64,000 bases of DNA from an uncultured Gemmatimonadaceae bacterium (GCA_963751275.1 CAVVTZ010000011.1:1-64000); one strand, 5' to 3'; positions 47,499 to 59,265 are shown, counted from the first letter of the stretch. The notes: generated by a model not told the origin, from the letters alone. Translations and numbers: made by a program.

Positions 47499-49380
47499 AT
47501 GTCCGTTCTCGACCGCGTCAACCTGCCCGCCGACCTCAAGCCGCTCACGCGCGACGAACTCCGCTCGCTCGCGGATGACGTGCGCGCGTCGCTCATCGAT
47601 TCCTGCTCGCGCACCGGCGGCCACATCGGCGCCGGACTCGGCGTGGTCGAGCTCACGGTGGCGCTGCATCACGTGTTCGACGCGCCGAAGGACCAGCTCG
47701 TGTGGGACGTCGGGCACCAGGGCTACCCGCACAAGATGCTCACCGGGCGCAAAGGGCAGTTCGAGACGCTGCGCCAGGAAGGCGGCATCTCCGGGTTCCT
47801 CAAGCGCGAGGAGAGCGAGTACGACGCGTTCGGCGCCGGCCACGCGGCCACCGCGATCTCGGCGGCGTTCGGTCTCGCGGTGGCGCGCGATCTCGCGGGG
47901 AAGGACTTCCGCGTGGTCGCGATCCTCGGCGACGGCGCGCTCACGAGCGGCCTCTCCTACGAGGGACTGAACAACGCCGGCGCGAGCGGGCGCGACATCA
48001 TCGTCATCCTCAACGACAACGACATGTCGATCGCGCCGAACGTCGGCGCCATCTCCGCTACCTCGGCAGCGTGCAGCGCAATCCCATCTACAACCGCCTG
48101 CGCGACAAGATCGGCAACATGGTGGGTGAGTTCCCCGCGGTGAGCCATTTCGTGAAGCGCTGGGAGGAGAGCGTGAAGAGCTTCCTCACGCCCGGCGTGC
48201 TCTTCGAGGAACTCGGCTTCCGCTATTTCGGCCCGGTCGATGGCCACGACATGGACGTGCTCGTGGACACGCTCTCCGCCGTGAAGTCGATGCACGGCCC
48301 GCGGCTCGTGCACGTGATCACGAAGAAGGGGAAGGGATTCCCCGCGGGCGAGCATCGACCGAGAAGTGGCACGCGCTGCCGGCGGGGCACGACCCGGCCA
48401 CCGGCAAGCAGAAGCTGCCCTCGTCGGCGAACCCGGCCTACACGGCGGTGATCGGCCAGGCGCTCACCGAGCTCGGCGCGATCGAGCCCGAGCTCGTGGT
48501 GATCACCGCCGCGATGCCCGCGGGCACGGGCGCGGGCATCTTCGCGAAGGCGTATCCCGACCGCTTCTTCGACGTCGGCATCGCCGAAGGCCACGCCGTG
48601 ACCTTCGCCGCGGGACTCGCCGCCGGCGGACAGCGGCCGGTGTGCGCGATCTACTCGACGTTCCTGCAGCGCGCGTACGACAACATCATCCACGACGTGG
48701 CGATCCAGAAGCTGCCGGTGATCTTCGCGATGGACCGCGCGGGTCTCGTGGGCGAGGACGGCCCGACGCACATGGGGCTCTACGACATCGCGTACCTGCT
48801 CGCGGTGCCGGGGATGATGGTGACGGCGCCGAAGGACGGCGCGGAGATGATCGGCCTCGTGCGCGCGGCGCTCGCGCACACGGGCGGTCCCTTCGCGCTG
48901 CGCTATCCACGCGACGCGGTGCCCGACGCTCCGCCGAAAGCGGCCGACGTGCCCGCCGTGCCCTTCGCGACGTGGGAGGTGTTGCGACAGGGGAAGGACT
49001 TCGCCGTGCTCGCGACCGGTACGATGGTGTTGCCGGCGCTCGCCGCGGCGAAGGCGCTGGCTGCCGAGGGGCTCGATCTCACCGTCGTGAACTGCCGCTA
49101 CATCAAGCCGTACGACGAAGTGACGCTGCACGCGATCGCCGCGACGCACCGGAACATCCTCACGGTGGAGGAAGGGACCGTCGTGAACGGCTTCGGCGCG
49201 TACATGTCGAGCATCATCGGCGCGATCGATCCCGCGATCCGCGTGAGCGTGCACGGCGTGCCCGACCGCTACATTGAGCAGGCGCCGCGCAAGGTGCAGC
49301 TCCGGTGGACCGGGCTCGACGCCGCCGGCATTGCCGCGCGCGTTCGCGCACTGCTCGAGAGCGAAGCGGTGGCGGGGTGA
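47499..49380 (+). CDS. dxs: 1-deoxy-D-xylulose-5-phosphate synthase, frameshifts near 48055 and 48355
   Basis: '[11 protein letters not shown]', 'GDGA..NDN', 'DVGIAEGHA', '[10 protein letters not shown]', 'DGPTH'. Confidence 0.96.
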
Positions 49381-50234
49381 CGCGGATCGGCGTCGTCGGG
49401 AACCTCCGCTACGAGGGACTCCCGGCCATCATGCGGCTCCTCAAGGAACGCGCGCCGGCGCTCTCGATGACGCTCGTGCTGGAGAGCGATCTCGCGGACC
49501 TCGCGAAGGGCGCCGAGCGCCTGGACGCGGCCACGCGCATCGACGTGCTGCTCACGCTCGGCGGCGACGGGACGATGCTGCGTGGCGCGCGGCTCGTGGG
49601 CGCGCGGCAGATCCCGATCCTTGGCGTGAATCTCGGCCGCCTCGGCTTCCTCACCGCCACTGGCGGCGAGGACCTCGACCGCGCGCTCTCGATGCTCGCG
49701 GCCAACGACTACATCGTGGAGCCGCGCATGGCGCTGGAGGCGCGCACTAACCGCGAGCCCGATCAACGGTGGCGCGCGCTGAACGACGTCGTGCTGCACA
49801 AGGGCGGCCACGCGCGCGTGATCCGGATCCGCGCGACGGTGAACGGCGAATTGATCGGCGGCTTCGCCGCGGACGGCATCATCGTCTCGACGCCGACGGG
49901 CTCCACCGCGTACAGCCTGTCCGCCGGCGGCCCGGTGGTGGTGCCGACCCTCGATTCCATCATCATCACGCCGATCTCGCCGCATACGCTCGCGGTGCGG
50001 CCGGTGGTGTTGCCGCCGAGCGCCGAGGTGATGCTGCAAACGGATGATGCGGCGGAGGAGCTTTTGGTGACGATCGATGGCCAGGTGGGCAGTACGTTCG
50101 CGGCAGGCGACTCGCTCACTGTGCGCCGGGCGGACCGGCCGGTGCTGGTCGTCCGCTTTCGCGATGGATCGTTCTTCGCGCGCATGCGGCGGAAGCTGGG
50201 CTGGGGCGGACTTCCGGAACGCGACGAGGGCTAG
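49377..50234 (+). CDS. nadK: NAD kinase
   Basis: 'GGDGT', 'NLGRLGFL', 'NDV', 'STPTGSTAYSLSAGGP'. Confidence 0.96.
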   Translation: MTRIGVVGNLRYEGLPAIMRLLKERAPALSMTLVLESDLADLAKGAERLDAATRIDVLLTLGGDGTMLRGARLVGARQIPILGVNLGRLGFLTATGGEDLDRALSMLAANDYIVEPRMALEARTNREPDQRWRALNDVVLHKGGHARVIRIRATVNGELIGGFAADGIIVSTPTGSTAYSLSAGGPVVVPTLDSIIITPISPHTLAVRPVVLPPSAEVMLQTDDAAEELLVTIDGQVGSTFAAGDSLTVRRADRPVLVVRFRDGSFFARMRRKLGWGGLPERDEG

Positions 50235-50236
50235 CC

Positions 50237-51986
50237 GTGCTGATCGAACTCAGGATCCGCAATTTCGCGATCATAGATGGGCTCACCTTGCCCCTCGCCG
50301 GCGGATTCAACGTGCTCACCGGCGAGACCGGGGCGGGGAAGTCGATCATCGTCGGCGCGCTGGCGCTGCTGCTCGGCGAGCGCGCGAGCGCCGACCTCAT
50401 TCGCACGGGCGCCGACAAGGCCACTGTCGAGGGCGTGTTCGACGCCGAAGGCCGCCGCGAGCTGCTCGCGCTGCTCGATGAGCGCGGGATCGAGATGGAC
50501 GGCACGACGGTCGTGCTCAAGCGCGAGATCTCGGCGAACGGCCGCACGCGCGCGTGGGTGAACGCGGGCACCGTCACCGCGGGCGTGCTGGCCGAGGTCG
50601 GGCGCGCGCTCGTGAATCTCCACGGCCAGCACGAGGCGCAGTCGCTGCTGGATGTCGAGTCGCAGCGGAACATCCTGGATCTGTTCGGCGGCGCGGCGCC
50701 GCTGGCGCAGCGCGTGCGCAGCCGCGCACGAGACGCTCACCGGCGTGACCCGCGAGATCGAGCAGCTCACCGCGCGGCGCGCGGAAGCCGAGCGGCGGGC
50801 CGATTACCTGCGGCATGTCGCGCGCGAGCTCGAGGAGGCGAAGCTGGTTCCCGGCGAGGAGGCGAAGCTGGAGGATGAGGCGCGCCGGCTGGAGCACGCC
50901 GAGGAATTGCGGTCGCTCTCCTCGGGCATGGCCGCCGCGCTCGAGGGAGAGGAGGGCAGCGCACTCACGCAGCTCGCGCACGTCCAGCGTTCGCTCGCGA
51001 GCATCCAGCGCATCGATCCCTCGCTCGCGCGGCTGCAGGAGATGTTCGACGGCGGGTTCTACGCGCTGCAGGAACTCTCGCGCGAACTCGATGTCTACGC
51101 CCGCGGCGTGGATCTCGACCCGGCGCGCCTCGAGGCGGTGCAGGCGCGCCGCGATCTGCTCTTCAAGCTTCTCAAGAAGTACGGTCCCACGGTGGACGAG
51201 GCGATCGAGACCGCGCGCAAAGCGCGTGCCGAGCTCGACCTGGTGGACACCGCCTCGCTCGATCTCCGCCAGCTGGAGACCAAGCGCGACGCGGCGCGCG
51301 CGGCGCTCGCGACCGCCGCCGCGGCGCTCAGCGAGAAGCGCGCGGAGGCCGCCGCCCGCCTCGCGCGGGATGTGGACGCGATCCTCCCGGAGCTGGGAAT
51401 GCCCGATGGCCACTTCCGCGCCGCCCTCACGCCACGCGCGGAGATCTCGGCGGCCGGCGCCGAGGATGTGGAGTTCCGCGTGGCGCTCAACGTGGGCCAT
51501 GACGCGCGGCCGCTCGCGCGCGTCGCCTCCGGCGGCGAGCTGTCGCGCGTGATGCTCGCGCTCAAGACCATCCTCGCCCGCCTCGATGCCGTGCCCACGC
51601 TCGTCTTCGACGAAGTGGACGCCGGCATCGGCGGCGCCGTGGGACTCCAGGTGGGCGACACCATGCGGAAGGTCGCGGCGCATCACCAGGTGCTCGCGAT
51701 CTCGCACCTGCCGCAGATCGCGGCGCGCGCGCACCATCATATTGTGGTGCACAAGGGCGCGCGCGGCGGCATCACCACCGCCGACACGCGCGTCGTGGAC
51801 GGCGACGAGCGCGTCACCGAGATCGCGCGCATGTTGGGCGGCGATCCGGAGAGCGCGGTGAGCCGCGCGCACGCGAAGGAATTGTTGGAGAGCGCCGCGG
51901 CGCGCGGCGCCGCCGTTACTGCTTCGGCTTCGGCTTCCAGCCCCCCCAGAGCCTCGCCCAGAAGCGGATCGTCACCGCGTCCGTGA
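50237..51986 (+). CDS. recN: DNA repair protein RecN, frameshift near 50722
   Basis: 'TGETGAGKS', 'HGQH', 'ASGGELSR', 'FDEVDAG', 'HLPQIA'. Confidence 0.95.
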
Positions 51987-53028
51987 TCTCCACCGGCGGC
52001 GCGGATCCCGTCGCGCTCACCGTCCAGGTGTGCTGGTAGCTGACCTCGATCGGGAATCCAGATCCGCGTTCGAGATAGCTCGACACCGTCGAGTAGGTGA
52101 TGAACCCCGAGAGCGTCTGCGCCGTGCCCGCCGTGCCGGCGTTGAGCGTGGACGCATCGACCACCACCGGCTCGCCGGCGATCGTGTCGGTCTTGCTACC
52201 GACGTACGAACTCTGCGCGCGATTGAGATACTGGTACTGCCCACCGATCATGAAGTACGGGCCGAGCACCGCGCGCGGCGTCGCTTCCAGCGTGTATGCA
52301 TTCCCGCCGCTCACCTGCGCATCCATCACGCCGTAGACGTTCGAGAGCGGCAGCCCCGGCGGATGCACGAGCACCGGCACCGTGGCCGGCTGCGGCATGA
52401 TGTAGCGCCCGGCCGCCGTGATCCAGAAGATCTTCCCGATCATGAGGTCGGTCTGCGACGCCAGCGTCGCCGCGGGACGCAGGCTGCCCGTGCCCACGTC
52501 GAAGGGCACCTCCGGATAATCGCCGGTGCCGGTGGGGAAGCGCCACGATCCGGAGAGCGAGCTGCGCACGTGGACACCCGTGAGCGCGAGGCGCTCGAAC
52601 TCGCTGGGTCCGCGCAGCCACGCGAATTTCGCGCCCACCTCCATGTCGCCGATCCCGTTGTGCGACGTGTTGACGAAGGAATCGGTCACGAAGCCATAGC
52701 TCGACGTCCACTGCGTGGCCGCGAGCGTGCCGGCCTCGGGCGCGACGAAGGTCAGCGAGAGGCCGGGCAGCACGCCGAATTCCGCGCTGAGCAGCGTGTA
52801 GCGCACCTGCACGTAGGCGGTGGCCGCCTCGCCGCCCTGCTGGAGGCTCTCGTAGTAGCTCGCCCAGCTGTTGGCGATCCGCGCGCGAATGACGCCCGGC
52901 GGCGCGACGGTCGCGTCTTCGGCGGGGCCGAGGCTCGCTTGCGCGGCGGCGGCCGACGCGGCGGCGGGCGCGGCGAGCGACAGGACGATGCGAATGAGCG
53001 CGCGCGCGGTGCGAGAGGGGCGAACCAT
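51916..53028 (-). CDS. exported hypothetical protein, probable outer-membrane beta-barrel (transporter-like)
   Basis: Signal peptide ending 'AAAQA'; 'GIGDMEVGAK', 'FPTG' and aromatic-rich alternating strands. Confidence 0.6.
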   Translation of the reverse strand: MVRPSRTARALIRIVLSLAAPAAASAAAAQASLGPAEDATVAPPGVIRARIANSWASYYESLQQGGEAATAYVQVRYTLLSAEFGVLPGLSLTFVAPEAGTLAATQWTSSYGFVTDSFVNTSHNGIGDMEVGAKFAWLRGPSEFERLALTGVHVRSSLSGSWRFPTGTGDYPEVPFDVGTGSLRPAATLASQTDLMIGKIFWITAAGRYIMPQPATVPVLVHPPGLPLSNVYGVMDAQVSGGNAYTLEATPRAVLGPYFMIGGQYQYLNRAQSSYVGSKTDTIAGEPVVVDASTLNAGTAGTAQTLSGFITYSTVSSYLERGSGFPIEVSYQHTWTVSATGSAPPVEITDAVTIRFWARLWGGWKPKPKQ

Positions 53029-53086
53029 GAGCAGGAAGTGTAACGCGCGCATCGCACCGTGTACAACCGCGCGTTAACTTCGTTCC

Positions 53087-54895
53087 GTGACCTCGATCCC
53101 GATCCCCGATGTGCCGTGGCAGGTGACGGGCAATCATTGGCTCGCCCTGCCGTGCATCCATCCGGCCGACGCCTCCCTGCACGCGCTGGGCGTGCTCCAT
53201 CGCGGCGCCCGCGCCGCGCTCGAGTTCGCGGGCGGTCCCGACTTCCTCGCGGGTGCGGGCGTTCCGCTCATGCGCCCGGTGCTGCGCATCGATGGCGAAG
53301 AGCGCGTCCTGGGCGCGCAGGGGCTCGCGTGGGAGCGCGCGAACGGATGGCTGCCGACCTTCACGTGCACCGTGGACGGCCTCGTGCTGCGCGGCACCGT
53401 GTTCGCGCCGCACGGGCGCGACGCCAATGTGGCCGGGGCGGTGTACGCGCTGGCGGTGGAGAATCGCGGCAAGTCCGAGCGGCGCGTCACGCTCTCGCTC
53501 GAGGGCACGCTGGGGCACCGGCAGCTGCGCGTGCGGAGCGCGCGCGCGGCCGACGACGCGCATCGCGTCGTGGCCGCGCCCGGCGGCGTGGTCGTGCTCG
53601 AGGGGAGCGCGCAGCCCGGGCTCGCCGCGCTCGCGATCGCGGCCGACGGCGAGGCGCGGGTCGAGACCGGCACGGAGGCGCGTCCGCGCTTCGCGCTGCA
53701 TCGCGATCTCGTCGCGCCGGCGGGCGGGAGCGCGAGCACGGCGTACTACATCGCCGCGGGCCCCGAGCGCGACGGCGCCGAAGCGACCGTGGAGGTGATG
53801 CGCCGGCGCGGCTGGAGCGAGTTGCTCACGCTCACCCGCGATGCGCTGCAGGGGATGGAGCAGACCGTCGGCCACGACGGCATCGATCGCCTGATCAACC
53901 GCAACCTCCTGTTCGCGTATTTCTACGCGTGCGGCCGCGCGATCGACGACGCGCACTTCTATCTCGTGCGCTCGCGCGCGCCCTGGAACGGGCGCGGGAT
54001 CACGGTCACCGACTGGGAGTCGCTTTCGTGGACGCTGCCCGCGGTGCAGCTCGCGGACGCGCCCTTCGCGCGCGAACTCTTGTTGCGCTCCGGGGAGCTG
54101 CACGGCTATGCGCCGGGCAACGGCACGCACTACATGGACGGCACGTTGTTCGAACCCGGATTTTCTCTCGAGGGCGCCGCCGCGTTCGCGCTGGCGGCCG
54201 ACCGGTACATTCGGGACACGGGTGACGATGCGCTCGTCGAGGAGCCGGTGGTGGCCGACACGCTGTACAACGCGTGGGAAGATCTGAGCGCGCGGCGCGA
54301 CGAGCACATCCCGCTCTTTCGTACGGAAGTGACCCTCGCGGGGCAGCCCGCCTCGCACCCCTACCCGTTGCACGGCAACGCCGTGGCGGCGGTGGCGCTG
54401 GAAGTGTTCAAGCGCACGCTCGACGAGGAGACCGCGCGCACGGTGCAGGACCCCGAGGCGGTGCGCGCGGCGTTGCGGCGCCATTTCGCGGTGGAGCACG
54501 ACGGCAAGGTGGTGTTCGCTTCCACCGTGGACCTCGCCGGCGCGCACGATCTGCGCGAGGATGCGCACGCCTCCGCGTACTGGCTGCCGCTGTACGAGGC
54601 GGTGGAGCGGCACGACTCCGTGTACCGCCGCACGTTGCGCGGCGCATCGGAAGCGGGAGAGAGCGCGGTGCCCGGTGCCCCCGAGGCGCTGGCGCGTCGC
54701 TGCGCCATGCTCGTGGGGCCCGATGCCGCCGCCGCACTCAAATGGCTGCGCCGCGCGCCGCTCGACAACGGACTCGCCGCGGAATTCGTCGACGCCGAGG
54801 GACGAGCCCTGTCGAATGGCGGCGACGCCGCGCTCGCCGGCCTTGTGGCCTGGTGCGCGTGGTACGCCGTGCACGCGCTGGGCGCGCGGCCGTGA
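53087..54895 (+). CDS. GH125-like (alpha/alpha)6 glycoside hydrolase homolog
   Basis: C-terminal motifs 'EPGFSLE', 'YP..GN', 'TVDLAG...ED...LP', 'GLAAEFVD' resemble the DUF1237/GH125 pattern. Confidence 0.5.
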   Translation: MTSIPIPDVPWQVTGNHWLALPCIHPADASLHALGVLHRGARAALEFAGGPDFLAGAGVPLMRPVLRIDGEERVLGAQGLAWERANGWLPTFTCTVDGLVLRGTVFAPHGRDANVAGAVYALAVENRGKSERRVTLSLEGTLGHRQLRVRSARAADDAHRVVAAPGGVVVLEGSAQPGLAALAIAADGEARVETGTEARPRFALHRDLVAPAGGSASTAYYIAAGPERDGAEATVEVMRRRGWSELLTLTRDALQGMEQTVGHDGIDRLINRNLLFAYFYACGRAIDDAHFYLVRSRAPWNGRGITVTDWESLSWTLPAVQLADAPFARELLLRSGELHGYAPGNGTHYMDGTLFEPGFSLEGAAAFALAADRYIRDTGDDALVEEPVVADTLYNAWEDLSARRDEHIPLFRTEVTLAGQPASHPYPLHGNAVAAVALEVFKRTLDEETARTVQDPEAVRAALRRHFAVEHDGKVVFASTVDLAGAHDLREDAHASAYWLPLYEAVERHDSVYRRTLRGASEAGESAVPGAPEALARRCAMLVGPDAAAALKWLRRAPLDNGLAAEFVDAEGRALSNGGDAALAGLVAWCAWYAVHALGARP

Positions 54896-56054
54896 GCCCG
54901 CCCGCCGGCGCGATCCGCGCGGCGGCGCTCTTCGCTTCCACCTTCGGCGGCCCGCCGGAGATCCTCGCCTCCGCGCCGGGGCGCGTGAATCTCATCGGCG
55001 AGCACACGGACTACAACGGCGGCGAAGTGCTGCCGATCGCGATCGAGCAGCGCACGTGGGTCGCGGCGCGCGCGAACGGCGGCGCCACGGTCCGCGCGGT
55101 ATCCGCGACGCAGAGCGAGGCGGGGGAATTCCCCGTCGCCGGCGCCGCGCGCGCGGGGCGGTGGTGGGATTATCCCGCTGGCGTCGCGATGCAACTCGCG
55201 CAGGAGGGCGTCTCCCTCGCCGGCGCCGATCTTGCCATCGCAACCGATCTGCCTGCCGGCGCGGGGCTCGCGTCATCGGCGGCGCTCGAGATCGCCGCCG
55301 GTCTCGCGCTCGCGCGCGTGGCGGGGCACGACGTGCCGCACCGGGATCTGGCGCTGCGCGCGCGCCGCGCCGAGGAGGAGTTCGTGGGCGTCGCGGTCGG
55401 GATCATGGACCAGCTCGCGTGCGCCCTGGCGGTGGAGGGCCACGCGCTCCGCATCTCGGTGCGACACGGCGGAGACGGAGCAGGTGCCCTACGCGGGCGC
55501 GGTGCTGGTGTTCGACACGCGCGTGGCGCGCCAGCTGCGCGGCGCGGCGTTCAACGAGCGCCGCGCCGAGTGCGAGCGCGCGCTCGCGGTGCTGCGCGAG
55601 ACGCGTCCAGGGTTGCGGTCGCTCGCGGCCGCCACGCCTGAGATGATCGAGGCGGCGCGCCTTCCCGCGCCGCTGGACCGTCGCGCGCGCCACGTGACCA
55701 CGGAGACGCGCCGCGTCGGCCGCGTCGTCGCGGCGCTCGAGCGCGGCGAAGCGCTTCCGGGCGGCGAGCTGCTCGCGTCGCACGAGTCGCTGCGCCGCGA
55801 TTTCGAGTGCTCCTGCGCCGAGCTCGACTGGTTCGTGGATCGCGTGATGCGCGAGCCCGGCGTGACCGGCGCGCGGCTCACCGGGGCGGGGTGGGGCGGC
55901 TGCGCGATCGCCGTCGGCGAGCGCGCGGCGCTCGAAGCAGGCGGCGTCGGCGAAGAGCCCGGAGTACGACGCGCGCTTCGGGCGCTCGTCGCGGTGGTGG
56001 ATCGCGCGGGCATCGGGCGGCGCGTCCGTAGGTGTTACTTCCCTGACACCGTAG
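54892..56054 (+). CDS. galK: galactokinase (GHMP family), frameshifts near 55458 and 55950
   Basis: 'APGRVNLIGEHTDYN', 'PAGAGLASSAA', 'GIMDQ', 'GARLTGAGWGG'. Confidence 0.9.
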
Positions 56055-56226
56055 GGGGTTTTACGGGTCTGTACGAACGGCTGGCCGAGAAGTACTGTTA
56101 TGCGCCGATGGTCGGCTGGGAGCGAGGTGCGTCCCCGCCGCTGCTCCATGTGAACGTTTCGCTCGCACGATTCCTTTCCCGATGGCCGCCATGGGGCGGC
56201 CCCTCGTCCCGCGAAGGAGGACGCAG

Positions 56227-57625
56227 ATGAAACTCGCCCGTGCTGCATGGTGTGTCGCGCTGCTGGCCGGCGTGATGCCCGCGGTCGTCAAGGCGCAGGG
56301 ATTCCAGCTGAACGAGATCGGTTCCTGCGCGCTCGCGCGCGGCCAGGCGGTGACCGCCGCGCCGTGCAACGACGCGTCGGCGATCTACTGGAACCCCGCC
56401 GCGACCACGTCGCTCTCCGGTTGGTCCGCGTACTTCGGCGCCGCGTGGATCAACGTCCGCGGCAGCTACACCTCCGATACGACCGGCACGTCGACGCCGG
56501 GCGCGGTGCCGCCGGCCTTCCCGCCGAACATCTTCGTCAATTACACGGCGCCGTCGCACAAGTGGGCCGCCGGACATCGGCGTGTACGCGCCCTTCGGAC
56601 TCACGTCGCAGTGGCCGAACGGCTTCCAGGGCAATTACATCGGCCAGAAGGCCGCGCTGGCGACGATCTACGTCCAGCCGAACTTCGCCTACTCGATCAA
56701 CAAGGATTGGTCGATCGGCGCCGGATTCATCTATGGCTATTCGACGGTGCAGTTGAAGGAAGCGCTCGATCTGTCGACGCAGCTCGCGAAGCCGGGCGAT
56801 CACGTTCGGCATGCTCGGCATTCCGCAGTTCACGCAGTTCGGGCTCGCCACCGTGAACGGCAGCGGCCACGCAGTACGGCTACTCGCTCGGCATGCACGG
56901 GAAGATCGGCTCGGACTGGCAGATGGGCGCGCGGTATCTCTCGCAGCTGAACTTCAAGTATAACAACGGCACGGCGAAGTTCACGCAGGTGACGACGGGC
57001 CTCGCGGTGCCCGAACTCCGCGGCCCGCCGCTCAACGTCCCGCCGGGCACGCCGATCGATGCACTGCTCACACCGCAGTTCCAGGTGGGCGGCCCGCTCG
57101 TCTCGCAGGGCGCGAACACGCAGCTCAATCATCCGTGGCAAGGTGAGCTCGGGATCGCGTACACCGGCTTCACCAACTGGACGCTGGAGCTCGACTACCA
57201 GGTGACCGGCTTCTCGTCGTTCAAGAACATCAATCTGCGCTTCACGGGTCCGGCCGCGGCCGACAGCCAGAACCTGATCGAGGACTACAACAATTCGTGG
57301 ACCATCCGCGCGGGCGCGGAGAAGGCATTCGCCTCGGGCGATCAAGGGCCGGATCGGCGCGAGCTACGTGAGCACGCCGGTGCCGGATGTGACCGTGACA
57401 CCGCTGCTGCCCGACCAGAACCGCGAGAACATCATGCTCGGTGTCGGCGTCCCGATGGGCGCCACGTGGTCGCTCGACGCGGCCTATGAGTTCGTGAACA
57501 CGCAAGGCCGGCGAGGGCGCGTGTTGAACCGCACGAGCGAATCGCAGACCGCCGCCGATTTGAATACGGGATGGTACGAACTGACCGCCAACATCCTGTC
57601 GGTCAGCCTCAAGGCCAATTTCTGA
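56227..57625 (+). CDS. OmpP1/FadL-family outer membrane transporter, frameshifted
   Basis: Signal peptide; 'AQGFQLNE', 'DASAIYWNPA', 'YAPFGL'; C-terminal Phe; GGAGG RBS. Confidence 0.85.
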
Positions 57626-57656
57626 ACCCGCCACTCTGAATACGGGAGAATCGCCG

Positions 57657-58887
57657 ATGGCTCGCAAGCATTATCTCGTGGGTGGCGCGGCCGCGCTGGT
57701 CGCGGCGGCTGTGATCACCGGATGTCAGGATTCGAAGCAGATCATGAAGCAGGAGGCCGTGGACCCGCTCTTCCAGAACTATGCGGCGCTCGGGAACAGC
57801 GTCACGGCCGGCTATCAGTCGGGCGGCATTAACGACTCGACGCAGAAGCAGTCGTACGCGGTGCTGTTCGCGCAGGCGGCAGGGACGCGCTTCGCGATCC
57901 CGGCGATCGCGATGCCCGGTTGTCCGCCGCCGATCGACAATTTCCTGACCCTCCACCGCGTTACGCCGCCCGGCTACCCCGTGTCCATGTCCACAAGCTG
58001 TTATGCGCGTGACCCGGGCTCCGTCACACCGGTGGTGAACAATGAGGCCGTGCCGGGCGCGGCGTCGATCGATCCCGATGAGCCTGACCACCGTGAATTC
58101 GAACGCGCTCACGATGTTCATCCTGGGCGGCTCGACCCAGGTCGTGCGCGCGCAGATGGTGAACCCGACGTTCGTGTCGGTGTGGATCGGCAACAATGAC
58201 GTGCTCTCGAACGCGCTGAGCGGACTGCTCGGCGCGGTGCCGCCGTACCAGACGACGGCGATGACCAGCGTGCCGACGTTTACGACGAACTACAAGAACG
58301 ACGTGAACAATCTGCGCAGCTCGCCGTCGATCAAGGGCGGCATCCTGTTCGCCGTGCTCAACGTCACCAACCTGCCCACGCTCTTCCAGGCGTCGCTGCT
58401 CCACACGAATCCGGTGGACAGCGCGACCTTCGCGTTGGCCTCGGGCGGTCCGTTCGTGCTCGATCCGTCCTGCTACAACCCGGTGCCGCTCATTAACATC
58501 CAGATGGCGGCCTCGATCGCGAGCGGCGCGCTGCCGCACGTGGTCATCTGCAAGAAGGGCGTGCTCCCCGCCCCCGTGGGCGACTTGTTCGTGCTCGACT
58601 CGGCCGAGGTGCCGGTCGTGCTCGCGACGATCGCCGGCTACAACGCCTACATCCACGCGAAGGCCGATTCGATCGGCTGGGCGTACATCGACGTGAACCC
58701 GGCGCTGGCGGCGCTCAAGGCGAACGGCCAGGTGCCCGCGTTCCCCAACCTGTCGCCGACGAATCCATTCGGCGCCTACTTCTCGCTCGACGGGATCCAT
58801 CCGTCGGGGCTCGGACAGCAGACGGTGGCGGACTCGATGGTCTCGGTCGTGAACGCGTTCTATGGGACGTCGCTGACGCCTCCGTAG
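57657..58887 (+). CDS. SGNH/GDSL hydrolase lipoprotein, frameshift near 58075
   Basis: Lipobox 'ITGC'; 'ALGNSVTAG', 'NEAVPGA', 'WIGNND', 'FSLDGIHP'. Confidence 0.85.
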
Positions 58888-58907
58888 GTTCGCGGTACGG
58901 GTGGAAC

Positions 58908-58943
58908 CGGGGCGCGCCGTTCGATCGTGAACGGCGCGCCCCG
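58908..58943 (+). terminator. GC-rich stem-loop after the SGNH gene
   Basis: cggggcgcgccgttc / gaacggcgcgccccg inverted repeat. Confidence 0.6.
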
Positions 58944-58996
58944 CGTGCGTTCGGCCCTCTTGTCGCGGTTTTCGCGCCGGACTAACTTGCTCTCAC

Positions 58997-59069
58997 GCGG
59001 GAATAGCTCAGTTGGTAGAGCACAACCTTGCCAAGGTTGGGGTCGCGGGTTCGAGTCCCGTTTCCCGCT
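58997..59069 (+). tRNA. tRNA-Gly(GCC), CCA not encoded
   Basis: GCGGGAA acceptor stem, TAGCTCAGTTGGTAGAGC D-arm, GCC anticodon, GGTTCGAGTCC T-arm. Confidence 0.97.
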
Positions 59070-59134
59070 CTCGAGCGTCTGATGGAATGCGGGAGCGGTC
59101 GGATGCCGGCCGCTCCCGCTTCGTTCTTGCACCG

Positions 59135-59216
59135 GCCCGGGTGGCGAAAGGTAGACGCGGGGGACTTAAAATCCCCTTCCGGCAACGGAGTGCGGGTTCG
59201 AGTCCCGCCCTGGGCA
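59135..59216 (+). tRNA. tRNA-Leu(TAA), long variable arm, CCA not encoded
   Basis: GCCCGGG/CCTGGGC acceptor stem, GGGGA-CTTAAAA-TCCCC anticodon arm, GGTTCGAGTCC T-arm. Confidence 0.95.
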
Positions 59217-59265
59217 TAGACGATTGCGCGCTGCACCTCGCCCGCTTCGTTTGACGGCGCCGGCA

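Noticed and set aside
14983..54874. Very long antisense ORFs (e.g. 22263-24884, 24667-27138, 52196-54874)
   Set aside because: They are shadow ORFs caused by high GC3 opposite well-supported genes, with low-complexity R/A/G translations.
56140..56170. TGTGAACGTTTC as a CRP- or LacI-type operator upstream of fadL
   Set aside because: The dyad symmetry is too weak to support a call.
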